DNA of 59,874 nt, filler included. It is 6 parts of 6 records of this genome, joined end to end, with 100 filler letters (N's around TTAATTAATTAA, not from the genome) between each part and the next. Parts side by side here need not be neighbours in the genome. Positions count along the whole stretch, not along the records: positions 24,271 to 38,213 come from SRR31156797_3831; positions 38,314 to 44,291 come from SRR31156797_3832; 4 more parts are not named here. One strand, written 5' to 3'. A program made the translations under genes and the position numbers. Shown one piece after another: positions 28,575-39,105 of this stretch (positions are counted from its first letter, which is position 1; each line of letters opens with the position of its first letter). Under the pieces are notes generated by a model that worked only from the letters and a program-made list of their open reading frames with translations, was not told the DNA's origin and ran no database searches.

Positions 28575-31500
28575 ATGAAGAAGAAAAACATTTATTTGGG
28601 AGACACGAATTTGAATTGCAGCGAGGCTGAAGTTGAGGGGAAGTTCGTAGAACTACATAATGAAAAGTTTTACAAGATCAGCAATTCTGATCAAATGTCA
28701 GACTTCTTTATGAGTATAGTTAGTGATTCGGATCACTGGATGTTCATATCGAGCAATGGATCTTTATCTGCCGGAAGAAAGGATAGAAACAATGCATTGT
28801 TTCCATATTATACCGTCGATAAGATTCACGATTTTCGTGATAAAACTGGTAGTAAAACCATAATGTTGGTTGAGAAAGGAGATAAAACATTGTTGTGGAA
28901 ACCATTCTCGAACGGACTAAGAAAAATATATAAAATTGAAAGAAACCTTTACAAGAGTATCTACGGTAACAAGATAATTTTTGAAGAGGTGAATTTCGAT
29001 TTGGGAATGAGTTTTCAATACTCATGGAGCAATACGGAGAAGTATGGTTTTGTAAAAACATCTCAGGTAAGCAATTTTGGAGAGGAATCGGTAAAGTTCG
29101 AAATTCTTGATGGATTGGAAAACATTCTGCCAAGTGGTGTAGATTACGATTTTCAGAATGAGTACAGCAATTTACTTGATGCTTACAAGAAGAGTGAGTT
29201 ATTGGAAGAATCCGGTTTGGGTTTGTACATGCTAAGTTCAATTCCTGTTGATAGAGCCGAACCAAGCGAATCTTTAAATGCAACAACTGTTTGGTCCTAC
29301 GGATTAGATGAAAGTAAGATTTTACTATCAACCAAACAAGTTGATGGGTTTAAAGAGGGACAAAATCTTTCAACTGAGATTGATGTAAGAGCTGCTAAAG
29401 GTGCATATCTTTTGCATAAAGAGTTGAATCTGGAAAAGGGTGAAACCAAAGAGTGGATGTTTGTAATTGAGTTGAATCAGGATAGTGTTGCTGTTGCCAA
29501 TTTGAATGAATTCATTAAAACAGAAAAGCATATTGCTTCAGCCTTAAAACAAGATATTGGTTTAGGGACTACAAATCTGATTAAGATTGTGGCTGATGCT
29601 GATGGTTTGCAAATGGGAAATGATGATTTAAGCTATGCTCGTCATTTTTCAAATACCCTATTCAATGTGATGCGTGGTGGAATTTTCAATGATAATTACC
29701 TTATTGATGTTGTTGATTTTAAATTGTTTGTTCAGCAAACCAACAAACCATTGGCTAAGGAATTTGAGCAATGGATTGGGAAGTTACCTGTACAAATCTC
29801 TTATACGGAATTGTGTGATCTTGCCAAGCAAACCAATCATGCTGATTTAATCAGAATTTGCAGCGAATATCTTCCTTTAACTTTCAGTCGAAGACATGGA
29901 GATCCAAGTCGTCCATGGAATCAGTTTGCTATTGAAACTAAAAATGAAGATGGTTCGCCAAAATTAAATTATCAGGGAAACTGGCGTGATATTTTTCAAA
30001 ATTGGGAAGCGCTGGCATTATCGTACCCTGAGTTTTTGGAAGGTATGATCAGTAAGTTTGTGAATGCTTCAACTGCTGATGGTTACAATCCCTACAGAAT
30101 AACCCGAGAGGGAATCGATTGGGAATGTCCCGATCCGCATGATCCTTGGGCTTATATTGGATATTGGGGTGATCATCAGATTATCTATTTGCAAAAATTC
30201 CTTGAGCTATCGAATGAATTTCATCCAGGTAAACTGAACGATTTGTTGACAAAAGAGAATTTTGTATACGCAAATGTGCCTTACAGAATTAAATCTTACC
30301 AGGATATTATTAAAAATCCACAAGATACGATAGAATTTGATTATGAGCTAAATGATCAGATTATTGATATGGTTGAACAAATTGGTGCAGATGCCAGGTT
30401 GTTGAGAAAAGGAGATGAGCTCTACCAGGTAAATCTTACTGAAAAGATTTTGGTGACACTACTTACAAAGTTGAGTAATTTTATTCCAGAAGCAGGTATT
30501 TGGTTGAATACACAACGTCCAGAGTGGAACGATGCTAATAATGCTTTGGTTGGGAATGGTGTGTCTATGGTTACACTGTGTTACCTAAGAAGATTCCTTC
30601 AATTTTGGTCTGAGAAATTCAATAATATTTCTGTTGAAGAGATAAACATTTCTGAGGAAGTAGTATCACTGTTGAAGAGTATCAATTCATTATTTGCAGA
30701 AAATGCACAACTATTGGAAACTGGCTTTTCAGATAAAAATAGACGTCATTTTGCTGATGTATTGGGAGAAGCTGGTACAAAATACAGAAATGGTATTTAC
30801 GCTGAATCATTCACAGGTGTTAAAAGAACCATTCGAGTAAATGAGCTGAAAGAGTTCGTCGATCTGGCATTGGATTATATGGATCAGTCGATAAGAGTAA
30901 ATAAGCGTGAAGACGGTCTTTACCATGCTTACAATTTGATTTCATTTACAAATCAAGATGTATCGATTCGTTACTTGTACGAAATGCTTGAAGGACAGGT
31001 GGCTGTATTAAGTTCTGGTCTTTTAAATGCTGAAGAGAGCTTGTCTGTGCTAAATAGCTTGAAAGGCAGTCAGATGTTCAGACAAGATCAATACAGTTAT
31101 TTTCTATATCCTGATAGACAATTGCCTCGATTTACAGAAAAAAATAACATTCCTGAAGTACGAGTTAAAGAATCTGAACTTTTGACAAAGCTAATTCAGA
31201 ATAATGATACAACAATTCTAGGAGTTGATCAGGCTGGAGGCTATCACTTTAATGGTTCGTTTAGAAATGCGGAAGTTTTAAAGAATGCTATAGAGAATCT
31301 TGCTAATGCTAATTATAAGTCATTAGTTGATAAAGAAAAAGCTAAGGTGCTGGATATTTTCGAGGAGATGTTCGATCATCAATCTTTTACTGGTCGATCA
31401 GGTACTTTCTATGGTTTTGAAGGCTTGGGAAGTATTTACTGGCACATGGTTTCTAAACTGTTACTTGCTGCACAAGAGAGTTATTTCCATGCAATTGAGG

Positions 31501-32030
31501 AAGGAGCTAATCCGATTACTGTAGGAAAAATAAAGGATCATTATTTTGAGATTAAAGCAGGAATTGGCTTGTACAAATCTCCTGAATTGTATGGCGCTTT
31601 TCCAACTGATGCCTACTCACATACACCATCAACAGCTGGTGCACAACAACCAGGTATGACGGGTCAGGTGAAAGAGGATTTTATTTCAAGAATTGGAGAA
31701 TTGGGCGTTCATGTAAAAAATGGTCAAATCGTTTTTTCAACATCCCTGTTGAATGATCTTGAATTACTAAATCAGGAAGATCACTTTATATACTTTGATG
31801 TTTTTGGCAATGAACAACAAATAAAATTAGGCAAGGGGCAATTGGCTTTTACCTTTTGTAAAGTGCCTGTAGTTTATTCTGTTTCCGATGAAAGTCAAAT
31901 TTCTATTTCGTTTAAAAATGGAGAAACGAAAGTGATAAAATCCAATGCAATTGATCGGGATATTAGTGCTACGATCTTCAATAGAAACGGAGAAATTAAT
32001 AGAATCGATTATTCAATCAGAAAAAATTAA
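28575..32030 (+). CDS. GH149-like beta-1,3-glucan phosphorylase (likely start ATG 28575)
   Basis: ~1150 aa, no signal peptide, LPLTFSRRHGDPSRPWN, GNWRDIFQNWEAL, QRPEWNDANNALVG, FPTDAYSHTP; laminarin-locus context. Confidence 0.8.
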   Translation: MKKKNIYLGDTNLNCSEAEVEGKFVELHNEKFYKISNSDQMSDFFMSIVSDSDHWMFISSNGSLSAGRKDRNNALFPYYTVDKIHDFRDKTGSKTIMLVEKGDKTLLWKPFSNGLRKIYKIERNLYKSIYGNKIIFEEVNFDLGMSFQYSWSNTEKYGFVKTSQVSNFGEESVKFEILDGLENILPSGVDYDFQNEYSNLLDAYKKSELLEESGLGLYMLSSIPVDRAEPSESLNATTVWSYGLDESKILLSTKQVDGFKEGQNLSTEIDVRAAKGAYLLHKELNLEKGETKEWMFVIELNQDSVAVANLNEFIKTEKHIASALKQDIGLGTTNLIKIVADADGLQMGNDDLSYARHFSNTLFNVMRGGIFNDNYLIDVVDFKLFVQQTNKPLAKEFEQWIGKLPVQISYTELCDLAKQTNHADLIRICSEYLPLTFSRRHGDPSRPWNQFAIETKNEDGSPKLNYQGNWRDIFQNWEALALSYPEFLEGMISKFVNASTADGYNPYRITREGIDWECPDPHDPWAYIGYWGDHQIIYLQKFLELSNEFHPGKLNDLLTKENFVYANVPYRIKSYQDIIKNPQDTIEFDYELNDQIIDMVEQIGADARLLRKGDELYQVNLTEKILVTLLTKLSNFIPEAGIWLNTQRPEWNDANNALVGNGVSMVTLCYLRRFLQFWSEKFNNISVEEINISEEVVSLLKSINSLFAENAQLLETGFSDKNRRHFADVLGEAGTKYRNGIYAESFTGVKRTIRVNELKEFVDLALDYMDQSIRVNKREDGLYHAYNLISFTNQDVSIRYLYEMLEGQVAVLSSGLLNAEESLSVLNSLKGSQMFRQDQYSYFLYPDRQLPRFTEKNNIPEVRVKESELLTKLIQNNDTTILGVDQAGGYHFNGSFRNAEVLKNAIENLANANYKSLVDKEKAKVLDIFEEMFDHQSFTGRSGTFYGFEGLGSIYWHMVSKLLLAAQESYFHAIEEGANPITVGKIKDHYFEIKAGIGLYKSPELYGAFPTDAYSHTPSTAGAQQPGMTGQVKEDFISRIGELGVHVKNGQIVFSTSLLNDLELLNQEDHFIYFDVFGNEQQIKLGKGQLAFTFCKVPVVYSVSDESQISISFKNGETKVIKSNAIDRDISATIFNRNGEINRIDYSIRKN

Positions 32031-32038
32031 AATAAACA

Positions 32039-32079
32039 AATCTGTGTGAGTATATCCGAAATGATATCTCATACAGATT
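32039..32079 (+). terminator. Intergenic stem-loop (terminator or mRNA-stability element)
   Basis: AATCTGTGTGAG-t-ATATC...GATAT-CTCATACAGATT imperfect hairpin. Confidence 0.5.
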
Positions 32080-32105
32080 AGCTTAAACTTTAACCTATTA
32101 AACCT

Positions 32106-32990
32106 ATGTCTGTACGAAGTGAATATCTATTGTCATTAGCAGGAGTCGACCTAAATGGCAAAAGTAAAGATGAATTGAGATCTATATATTATCAGTATCT
32201 GAATAGTGGAATGCATGGTATGTGTTTTAGTCCATATATGGATGAACAAGAGCCTGGAGATCAGATTAGCGAGGATCAAATTCGCCGAAGAATGGAAATC
32301 CTTAATCCACATACCAAATGGATTAGATCATTTTCGTGTACAGAAGGAAACGAATTGATACCACAAATAGCCAAAGAGAATGGTTTAAAGACTTTGGTTG
32401 GAGCTTGGTTGGGAAAATTCAAGAGTATTAACGATAAAGAAATCGAAGGACTAATTGAAGTTGCAAAAGCCGGACATGCAGATATCGTGGCTGTTGGTAA
32501 TGAAGTATTATATCGTGAAGATCTGAGTGAAGATGAATTGTTGGATTACATCTATAAGGTAAAGGAAGCTCTTCCTGGCATTCCTGTTGGTTATGTTGAT
32601 GCTTATTATGAATTCGGAAATCGCCCTCGAATAACTGAAGCATGCGATGTAATCCTCGCGAATTGCTATCCTTTTTGGGAAGGTTGTAGTCTTGAGCATT
32701 CCTATCTCTATATGAAAGATATGTATAATAGAGCATTGCGAGCTGGTAATGGGAAAAAAGTAATCATTACGGAAACTGGATGGCCGAATGTTGGTGAACC
32801 ATTCCATGGTGCAGAGCCATCAGTAGAAAATGCATTGAAATATTTTATTCAAACACAATCGTGGTCAAAGGAAGAAGATATTGATATTTTCTATTTCTCT
32901 TCATTCGACGAAGGATGGAAAACTACTGATGAAGGAGATGTAGGTGCTTATTGGGGAATTTGGGATAAGAATGAGAAGTTGAAGTATTAA
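32106..32990 (+). CDS. GH17 beta-1,3-glucanase/glucosidase (no signal peptide)
   Basis: CFSPY, VAVGNE, NCYPFW, ITETGWP, FSSFDE.WK. Confidence 0.88.
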   Translation: MSVRSEYLLSLAGVDLNGKSKDELRSIYYQYLNSGMHGMCFSPYMDEQEPGDQISEDQIRRRMEILNPHTKWIRSFSCTEGNELIPQIAKENGLKTLVGAWLGKFKSINDKEIEGLIEVAKAGHADIVAVGNEVLYREDLSEDELLDYIYKVKEALPGIPVGYVDAYYEFGNRPRITEACDVILANCYPFWEGCSLEHSYLYMKDMYNRALRAGNGKKVIITETGWPNVGEPFHGAEPSVENALKYFIQTQSWSKEEDIDIFYFSSFDEGWKTTDEGDVGAYWGIWDKNEKLKY

Positions 32991-33036
32991 TCTTACGATT
33001 GATAGTAAGAAAAAGCTAGAAACCAATTGAAATTTA

Positions 33037-33984
33037 ATGAAACTAGAAGATCAAATTAATATACAGGTTGACAATGCCATTTGCTATTCAGGATTTAGAG
33101 AAGGACAGAGTCCGCATACAGGAGTTTTTCCTACTTACGATCAGATAAAAGAAGATTTAACGATTCTTCAAGGTCATTGGAAATTTCTTCGTTTGTATGC
33201 TTGCGATCAGCAAACAGATACCATTTTAGAGGTAATAGAAAAAGAAGGTTTTGATTTTAAGGTAATGCTTGGAGCATATATTGGTGCCGAAATGAACAAT
33301 TTCGGTTGTCCTTGGGGAGGTTCTTTTTCCGAAGAAGAATTGTGTGATAACAAAGAACATAACCTACAGGAAATATCAAAATTAATTCTTCTGGCAAATC
33401 GATATCCAGAGATTGTTTTTTCATTATCAGCAGGAAATGAAGCTACAGTCCACTGGACAGATCATTACGTACCGGTAGAAAATGTGATTAATTACGTTCG
33501 AATTATTAAAAAATCTTGCAAACAACCTGTTACATTTTGTGAAAACTATGTGCCTTGGCTGGATAAACTAAAGGACTTGGTAGAAGAGGTTGATTTTATT
33601 TCCATTCATACCTATCCGGTTTGGGAGTATAAAAATATTCATGAAGCATTAGAATACACCAAGCAAAACTACTACAGTGTTGCAGACAGATATCCGCATA
33701 AACCTGTTGTGATTACTGAAGCTGGTTGGGCAACCAATTCAAATGGACGAGGAATTTGTCCTGCAAATGTAAGTCAGGATCTTCAGAAGATATACTATAA
33801 CGATTTGGTGAACTGGAGTAAGGAAGAGGAGATTCTCACCTTTGTTTTTGAAGCTTTTGATGAACCATGGAAAGGATCGGCTGAACCATTGGAGCCTGAA
33901 AAACATTGGGGTTTGTTTACGGTTGATCGAAAACCAAAGAAAGTAACTCAAGAATTATTTAATAGCGTAATAACTCAATCTTAA
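33037..33984 (+). CDS. GH17 family glycoside hydrolase (no signal peptide)
   Basis: AICYSGFR.GQ.P, SAGNE, IHTYPVWE, ITEAGWA, FEAFDEPWK, EKHWGL. Confidence 0.88.
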   Translation: MKLEDQINIQVDNAICYSGFREGQSPHTGVFPTYDQIKEDLTILQGHWKFLRLYACDQQTDTILEVIEKEGFDFKVMLGAYIGAEMNNFGCPWGGSFSEEELCDNKEHNLQEISKLILLANRYPEIVFSLSAGNEATVHWTDHYVPVENVINYVRIIKKSCKQPVTFCENYVPWLDKLKDLVEEVDFISIHTYPVWEYKNIHEALEYTKQNYYSVADRYPHKPVVITEAGWATNSNGRGICPANVSQDLQKIYYNDLVNWSKEEEILTFVFEAFDEPWKGSAEPLEPEKHWGLFTVDRKPKKVTQELFNSVITQS

Positions 33985-33995
33985 ATTTTTGAAAC

Positions 33996-35081
33996 ATGAA
34001 AAGCTCAAATCTTAAACATACACTGCTTACATTTTTAGCAATCGCTTCAGTTGTATTTGTATCATGTAAGAATGAAAATAAAAAATCAGGAGAAGAGACA
34101 ATTGTGAAGAAATCTGATAAAATTGAAATTAAACAAAACGAGAAAGACCTACTAAATGGGATGTCTAGAGCTGTTTGTTACTCTGGATTTAGAAGTGGTC
34201 AGCATCCCGATAGAGGAAGTGGCGCAATAAATCCGAGCGATGCGGAAATATTAGAAGATCTTCAAATCATTTCAAAAGATTCATTGTTCAATTTGATTCG
34301 CCTTTATGATTGTGGAGAAAACTCCGAAGCTGTTCTTAGGATTATTGAAGAACAAAAATTAGATATCAAGGTGATGCTAGGAATTTGGCTTAAGGCAGAA
34401 TTAAGTGCTCACGAAACCTGCGCTTGGCTTACAGAACCAATTGCGCAGAATGTTTTAGATGAAAACAGACATTTAAATCACAAAGAAATCGAAAAAGGAA
34501 TTCAACTGGCGAATAAATATTCTGAAATAGTGCTTGCTGTGAATGTGGGTAACGAGGCTTTGGTGGAATGGAACGACCATAAAGTAGATACCGATACCAT
34601 TATCTCCTATGTGAAACAAGTACAGGCAGCTATCAAACAACCGGTAACAGTTGCCGATAATTACGATTGGTGGGCTTTAAAAGGTCAAAAATTGGCAAAG
34701 GCAGTTGATTTTGTTTCCATTCATGTTTATCCGGTTTGGGAAGGGAAGGATATTGATGAAGCAATGTCTTATACCATCGAAAATGTTCAGAAAGTGCGCA
34801 ATGCAATACCAGATAGCAAACTTGTAATTACCGAAGCAGGATGGGCAACTGTAGCATCTGAATTTGGTGATAGAGCTAATGAAGAAAAGCAAGAGAAATA
34901 TTACCATGAATTGATGAAATGGACGAAAGCAATGAATATAACCACTTTCTTTTTCGAAGCTTTTGATGAAGATTGGAAAGGGGAAACCGCTAATCCTCTC
35001 GGAGCTGAAAAGCATTGGGGATTATTTACAGTGGACAGAAAGCCAAAAAAGGTAATGCAAAATCTTTTTCCAGAACTCTAG
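33996..35081 (+). CDS. GH17 family glycoside hydrolase lipoprotein
   Basis: Lipobox FVSC; AVCYSGFR.GQHP, VNVGNE, ITEAGWA, FEAFDE.WK. Confidence 0.88.
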   Translation: MKSSNLKHTLLTFLAIASVVFVSCKNENKKSGEETIVKKSDKIEIKQNEKDLLNGMSRAVCYSGFRSGQHPDRGSGAINPSDAEILEDLQIISKDSLFNLIRLYDCGENSEAVLRIIEEQKLDIKVMLGIWLKAELSAHETCAWLTEPIAQNVLDENRHLNHKEIEKGIQLANKYSEIVLAVNVGNEALVEWNDHKVDTDTIISYVKQVQAAIKQPVTVADNYDWWALKGQKLAKAVDFVSIHVYPVWEGKDIDEAMSYTIENVQKVRNAIPDSKLVITEAGWATVASEFGDRANEEKQEKYYHELMKWTKAMNITTFFFEAFDEDWKGETANPLGAEKHWGLFTVDRKPKKVMQNLFPEL

Positions 35082-35114
35082 AATCATAACTATAACATCT
35101 CAAATCTTAAAACT

Positions 35115-36548
35115 ATGACACATTATAAAACGGCAAAGGAAGACATTGTCCCGTTTGGACAAAAACTAGCATTTGGATCGGGACATTTGGCAAATCAGTT
35201 GTTTCCTGCTGCTCTGGGTGTGTTTATGGTGGTGTTGGTGATGTCCTTAAATATGAATCCTGTTTTAGCTGGTATCCTTGGCGCTTTACCCAGATTATTA
35301 GATGCATTAACTGATCCTATAATGGGGTTCATATCGGATAATACCAAATCGAAGTGGGGAAGAAGAAAGCCATATATTTTATTGGGAAGTGCTATTACAG
35401 GTGTTGCTTTTATGGTAATGTGGCAATTAAATCCAGAAGATTCTCAAACCTATAATTTCGTCTACTTCCTAATCGTTTCTGTATTTTTCTATATAGGTTA
35501 TACCATTTTTGCTACTCCTTTAATTGGTTTGGGTTACGAAATGACTTCCGATTACAATGAGCGTACCCGTTTGATGGCAGTATCTCAATGGATGGGACAG
35601 GTTGCCTGGATGATTGCTCCTTGGTTTTGGGTGATCATATATGATCCATCCATTTTTGCATCGGCTCCCGAAGGTGCAAGAATTTTAGCGATTTGGGTAG
35701 GAGGAATTTGTATGGTGCTTGGAATTTTACCAGCCATTTTCAACAAAGAGATGATTGTTCCTGATAAGAGTAAAATGGCTGATTTAAGTATGAAGGATTT
35801 GGCTGTGAATGCTAAAGAGTTTGTTAGAGGAATTAAGCTGACTATTAAAAATAAGCAGTTCATGAAACTTTGTGGTTCTACTTTTTTCATATTTAATGGT
35901 TTTCAAACCATCGCGCAATTTGCGATGTTCATTATTGTTTATTATTTATTTCAGGGCGATAAAGTTGCTGCAGGTTCCTGGCCAGCATGGTTTGGAACAA
36001 TAAGTGCAATGGCTACAGCCTTTCTTGTTATTCCTATTGTAACAAAATTGTCAGAAAGAGTGGGTAAGAAAAATGCTTTTGTAATAGCAACTTTTGTTTC
36101 CATTGTTGGATATGCATTAAAATGGTGGGGATTCAATCCAGCTAATCCATGGTTGATGTTTATGCCAATTCCATTTTTGTCGTTCGGGATCGGTGGTTTA
36201 TTCACATTAATGATGTCAATGACAGCTGATGTTTGTGATTTAGATGAACTGAACAATGGAGAACGAAGAGAAGGAATGTTTGGAGCAGTTTACTGGTGGA
36301 TGGTGAAGTTAGGAACTGCTTTGGCATTGCTTACTAGTGGAATTGTGTTGCAAATGGTGGGTTTTAACGAATCTGTAGATCAGCAAAGTGTTGAAACATT
36401 AACCAATTTGAGAATTGCAGATATCGTAATTCCTATAGTAACTGCATTAATGGCTATTCTACTAGTATGGAAATATGATATCACTGAAAGTAGAGCGCTG
36501 GAAATTCGTGAAGCCTTAATCGTAAAAAGAGGAAGAGTAAAACATTAA
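35115..36548 (+). CDS. GPH-family (glycoside:cation symporter) MFS transporter
   Basis: DALTDPIMGFISDNTKSKWGRRKPY, EMT.DYNERT, ADVCD.DE...GERREG. Confidence 0.9.
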   Translation: MTHYKTAKEDIVPFGQKLAFGSGHLANQLFPAALGVFMVVLVMSLNMNPVLAGILGALPRLLDALTDPIMGFISDNTKSKWGRRKPYILLGSAITGVAFMVMWQLNPEDSQTYNFVYFLIVSVFFYIGYTIFATPLIGLGYEMTSDYNERTRLMAVSQWMGQVAWMIAPWFWVIIYDPSIFASAPEGARILAIWVGGICMVLGILPAIFNKEMIVPDKSKMADLSMKDLAVNAKEFVRGIKLTIKNKQFMKLCGSTFFIFNGFQTIAQFAMFIIVYYLFQGDKVAAGSWPAWFGTISAMATAFLVIPIVTKLSERVGKKNAFVIATFVSIVGYALKWWGFNPANPWLMFMPIPFLSFGIGGLFTLMMSMTADVCDLDELNNGERREGMFGAVYWWMVKLGTALALLTSGIVLQMVGFNESVDQQSVETLTNLRIADIVIPIVTALMAILLVWKYDITESRALEIREALIVKRGRVKH

Positions 36549-36566
36549 AGAACTTTTTAATTGAAA

Positions 36567-38054
36567 ATGATGAAATCAAAATACATTATCGGAATTCTTT
36601 TAAGTCTTGTTGTTATGGCTTGTAATACAAAAGAAAAAAACTTGTTGGTTGATGTTTACGAAACATCTGCAAGTGGTAATAAATTAACAAAAGTAACAGA
36701 ATTTGAATCAGGAGATGAGTTTGTAAGCATTCAAATATTACCTGAGGAAAAATATCAGGAAATCATAGGTTTTGGAGGTTCATTTACCGAGTCATCGGCT
36801 TATTTGTTGAATCAAATGAGTAAAGAAAATAGGAAATTGATCTTGGATGCCTATTTCGCTGAAGAGGGCGCAAAATACTCACTAACCCGAACACATATTA
36901 ACTCTTGTGACTTCTCGCTTAGTAATTATTCTTACGCTCCGGTTGAAGGGGATAAAGAATTAAAACACTTTTCTATCGATGAAGATCGTGATGATATCAT
37001 TCCAATGATAAAAGAGGCTATGGAAGCGTCTAAGGATGGCTTTAAAATACTTTCATCTCCATGGACAGCATCACCCTGGATGAAAGATAACAACAAGTAT
37101 GTAGGTGGAAAATTGTTGCCAGAATACTATGATACTTGGGCCCTATTTTTCTCAAAATACATTCAGGAGTACAAAAAAGAAGGAATTGATATTTGGGGAC
37201 TGACTGTAGAAAATGAGCCATTGGGAAATGGAAACAATTGGGAAAGTATGCATTTTTCTCCTGAGGAAATGGTAGAATTTGTGAGCAAACACATGGGACC
37301 AAAACTAAAGGAAGATGGTCATGATGTTAAGATTCTGGGATATGATCAAAACAGGGATGAATTGGAAGAATGGGCTGATATCATGTACAAGGATGAGGAA
37401 TCATCTAAATATTTTGATGGTATGGCAATTCATTGGTATGCCAGTACATACGATTATATGCCTGAAGTTTTGCAATATACTTTCAAAAAGGCACCAAATA
37501 AACTGATGATTCAGTCTGAAGCTTGCGTTGATGCAGAAGTTCCTCATTGGAATGATGATGCCTGGTACTGGAAAAAAGAGGCAACTGATTGGGGCTTTGA
37601 TTGGGCTCCGGATGATCAAAAACATTTGCATCCAAAGTATGTACCAGTATATCGTTATGCAAGAGATATAATTGGTTGTATGAACAATCATGTACAAGGC
37701 TGGATTGACTGGAATATGGTATTGGATACTAAAGGCGGACCAAACTGGGCAAATAACTGGTGTTTGGCTCCTGTTATTGTCGACCCTGAAAAAGATGAGG
37801 TGTATTTTACGCCAATGTACTACACTTTAGCTCATTTTAGCAAGTACATTCGTCCTGACGCTGTTCGTATTGGTTTTAAGATATCTGATAAAGATGTAAT
37901 GATGACAGCAGCAAAAAATCCTGATGGAACCATAGCTATTGTGATTTTAAATATGAATGAGAAAACAAAGAATATAGAAATTTCATTAGGCGATCGTTCG
38001 GTTAAATTTCAGATTAATGCACAAGCAATTCAAACTGTGATTGTTCCAGCTTAA
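36567..38054 (+). CDS. GH30 glycoside hydrolase lipoprotein (beta-1,6-glucanase-like)
   Basis: Lipobox VMAC; GFGGSFT, SCDFS, SPWT...WMK, acid/base NEP, nucleophile SEAC, DWNM.LD. Confidence 0.9.
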   Translation: MMKSKYIIGILLSLVVMACNTKEKNLLVDVYETSASGNKLTKVTEFESGDEFVSIQILPEEKYQEIIGFGGSFTESSAYLLNQMSKENRKLILDAYFAEEGAKYSLTRTHINSCDFSLSNYSYAPVEGDKELKHFSIDEDRDDIIPMIKEAMEASKDGFKILSSPWTASPWMKDNNKYVGGKLLPEYYDTWALFFSKYIQEYKKEGIDIWGLTVENEPLGNGNNWESMHFSPEEMVEFVSKHMGPKLKEDGHDVKILGYDQNRDELEEWADIMYKDEESSKYFDGMAIHWYASTYDYMPEVLQYTFKKAPNKLMIQSEACVDAEVPHWNDDAWYWKKEATDWGFDWAPDDQKHLHPKYVPVYRYARDIIGCMNNHVQGWIDWNMVLDTKGGPNWANNWCLAPVIVDPEKDEVYFTPMYYTLAHFSKYIRPDAVRIGFKISDKDVMMTAAKNPDGTIAIVILNMNEKTKNIEISLGDRSVKFQINAQAIQTVIVPA

Positions 38055-38213
38055 AATCATTTCTTTTTTAGAATGATAGAGGTTTAAAATCGATAGCATC
38101 CTAAATAGAAATAAAAAGCTTTTTCTAGCGGCTTAATATGTGGCATCTTTTTAAAATATTTTTTGTTTAACGAAGGCTTTAGGAAGACCGGGAAGTTGAG
38201 AACTTGTTCGAAA

Positions 38214-38313
38214 NNNNNNNNNNNNNNNNNNNNNNNNNNNNNNNNNNNNNNNNNNNNTTAATTAATTAANNNNNNNNNNNNNNNNNNNNNNNNNNNNNNN
38301 NNNNNNNNNNNNN
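38214..38313. other. Artificial contig-joining spacer
   Basis: N44-TTAATTAATTAA-N44. Confidence 0.99.
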
Positions 38314-38315
38314 CA

Positions 38316-38588
38316 ATGCACTTTGGTCCGGGGATTTTTTTTGCCGAGTGGATTGAAAATGGCGTGAATACCTTTGAGCAGGAGGGGATGATGTACTTTT
38401 ATTGGCGGATCATGGAAGAATTGAAATATCTGGGGGAAGCACTGGTGTTTCTCGATCCGAGTTTCAAGAGGGAATATCGACAGTGGGTTCAGAAAAATCA
38501 AGCGGGATTAGCGCTTAGTGCTGCGGAGCGGAAACGGAAGATTCTGGATGATTTTGATCCGTTCGGTATTGCACCGTCCCTCAATTAA
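38316..38588 (+). CDS. Hypothetical protein (probably C-terminal fragment)
   Basis: Open from contig edge, protein-like composition, followed by a terminator-like hairpin. Confidence 0.5.
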   Translation: MHFGPGIFFAEWIENGVNTFEQEGMMYFYWRIMEELKYLGEALVFLDPSFKREYRQWVQKNQAGLALSAAERKRKILDDFDPFGIAPSLN

Positions 38589-38620
38589 AATGGGGGCGAG
38601 ATGACCGCCCCCCCTTTTGA
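38587..38620. terminator. Probable bidirectional terminator
   Basis: AAAAtGGGGGCG-agatgac-CGCCCCCCCTTTT between convergent genes. Confidence 0.65.
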
Positions 38621-38674
38621 TTGATTGCCGGATGTATTTTTTTTGACGGACTTTGAGCAAGCTCCAAGCGTGGC

Positions 38675-39091
38675 TTAATACCAGGGTCCCCAAGGTCCCC
38701 AGGGGCCCCACATGCCGAAATTCATGCGGGCATCCATATTGGCCTGCGCGGCCCATCGGTAGTCCTGGGCCATTTTCCTCTGGGTGGCCAGGTTTTGAAA
38801 CTTCTGATACGATTTTTCGCTGCCCACATAGAGACATTTGCAGGAGGTGGCATCGGCGTAGTAGAAATAAAGCTTTTTATCGTGCTGCTGCGGCACCAGC
38901 TTTCGCTGGGGCAGTCCTTCCAGCGCTGCCATTTTTTGAGGGGTGTCCGCAAGCTTCATTTTGAACCCTGAGGCGGCCAGCATCCTTTCCATGTCCATGG
39001 CGTTCTGATTTTCAATGGCGGCACATGATCCGAGAAGGGTTATCAGGGCAAACAGGGCTACCATGCAGGTTGCTTTTCCGGTTGTTGTCAT
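38675..39091 (-). CDS. Hypothetical lipoprotein
   Basis: Lipobox LGSC, AAGGAG SD, CxCLYVG motif, C-terminal WGPWGPWGPWY. Confidence 0.75.
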   Translation of the reverse strand: MTTTGKATCMVALFALITLLGSCAAIENQNAMDMERMLAASGFKMKLADTPQKMAALEGLPQRKLVPQQHDKKLYFYYADATSCKCLYVGSEKSYQKFQNLATQRKMAQDYRWAAQANMDARMNFGMWGPWGPWGPWY

Positions 39092-39105
39092 GTCTTACTC
39101 CTTTT

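Noticed and set aside
28744-29331. 195-aa minus-strand ORF and many other short antisense ORFs in the ORF track
   Set aside because: Shadows of well-supported genes on the opposite strand
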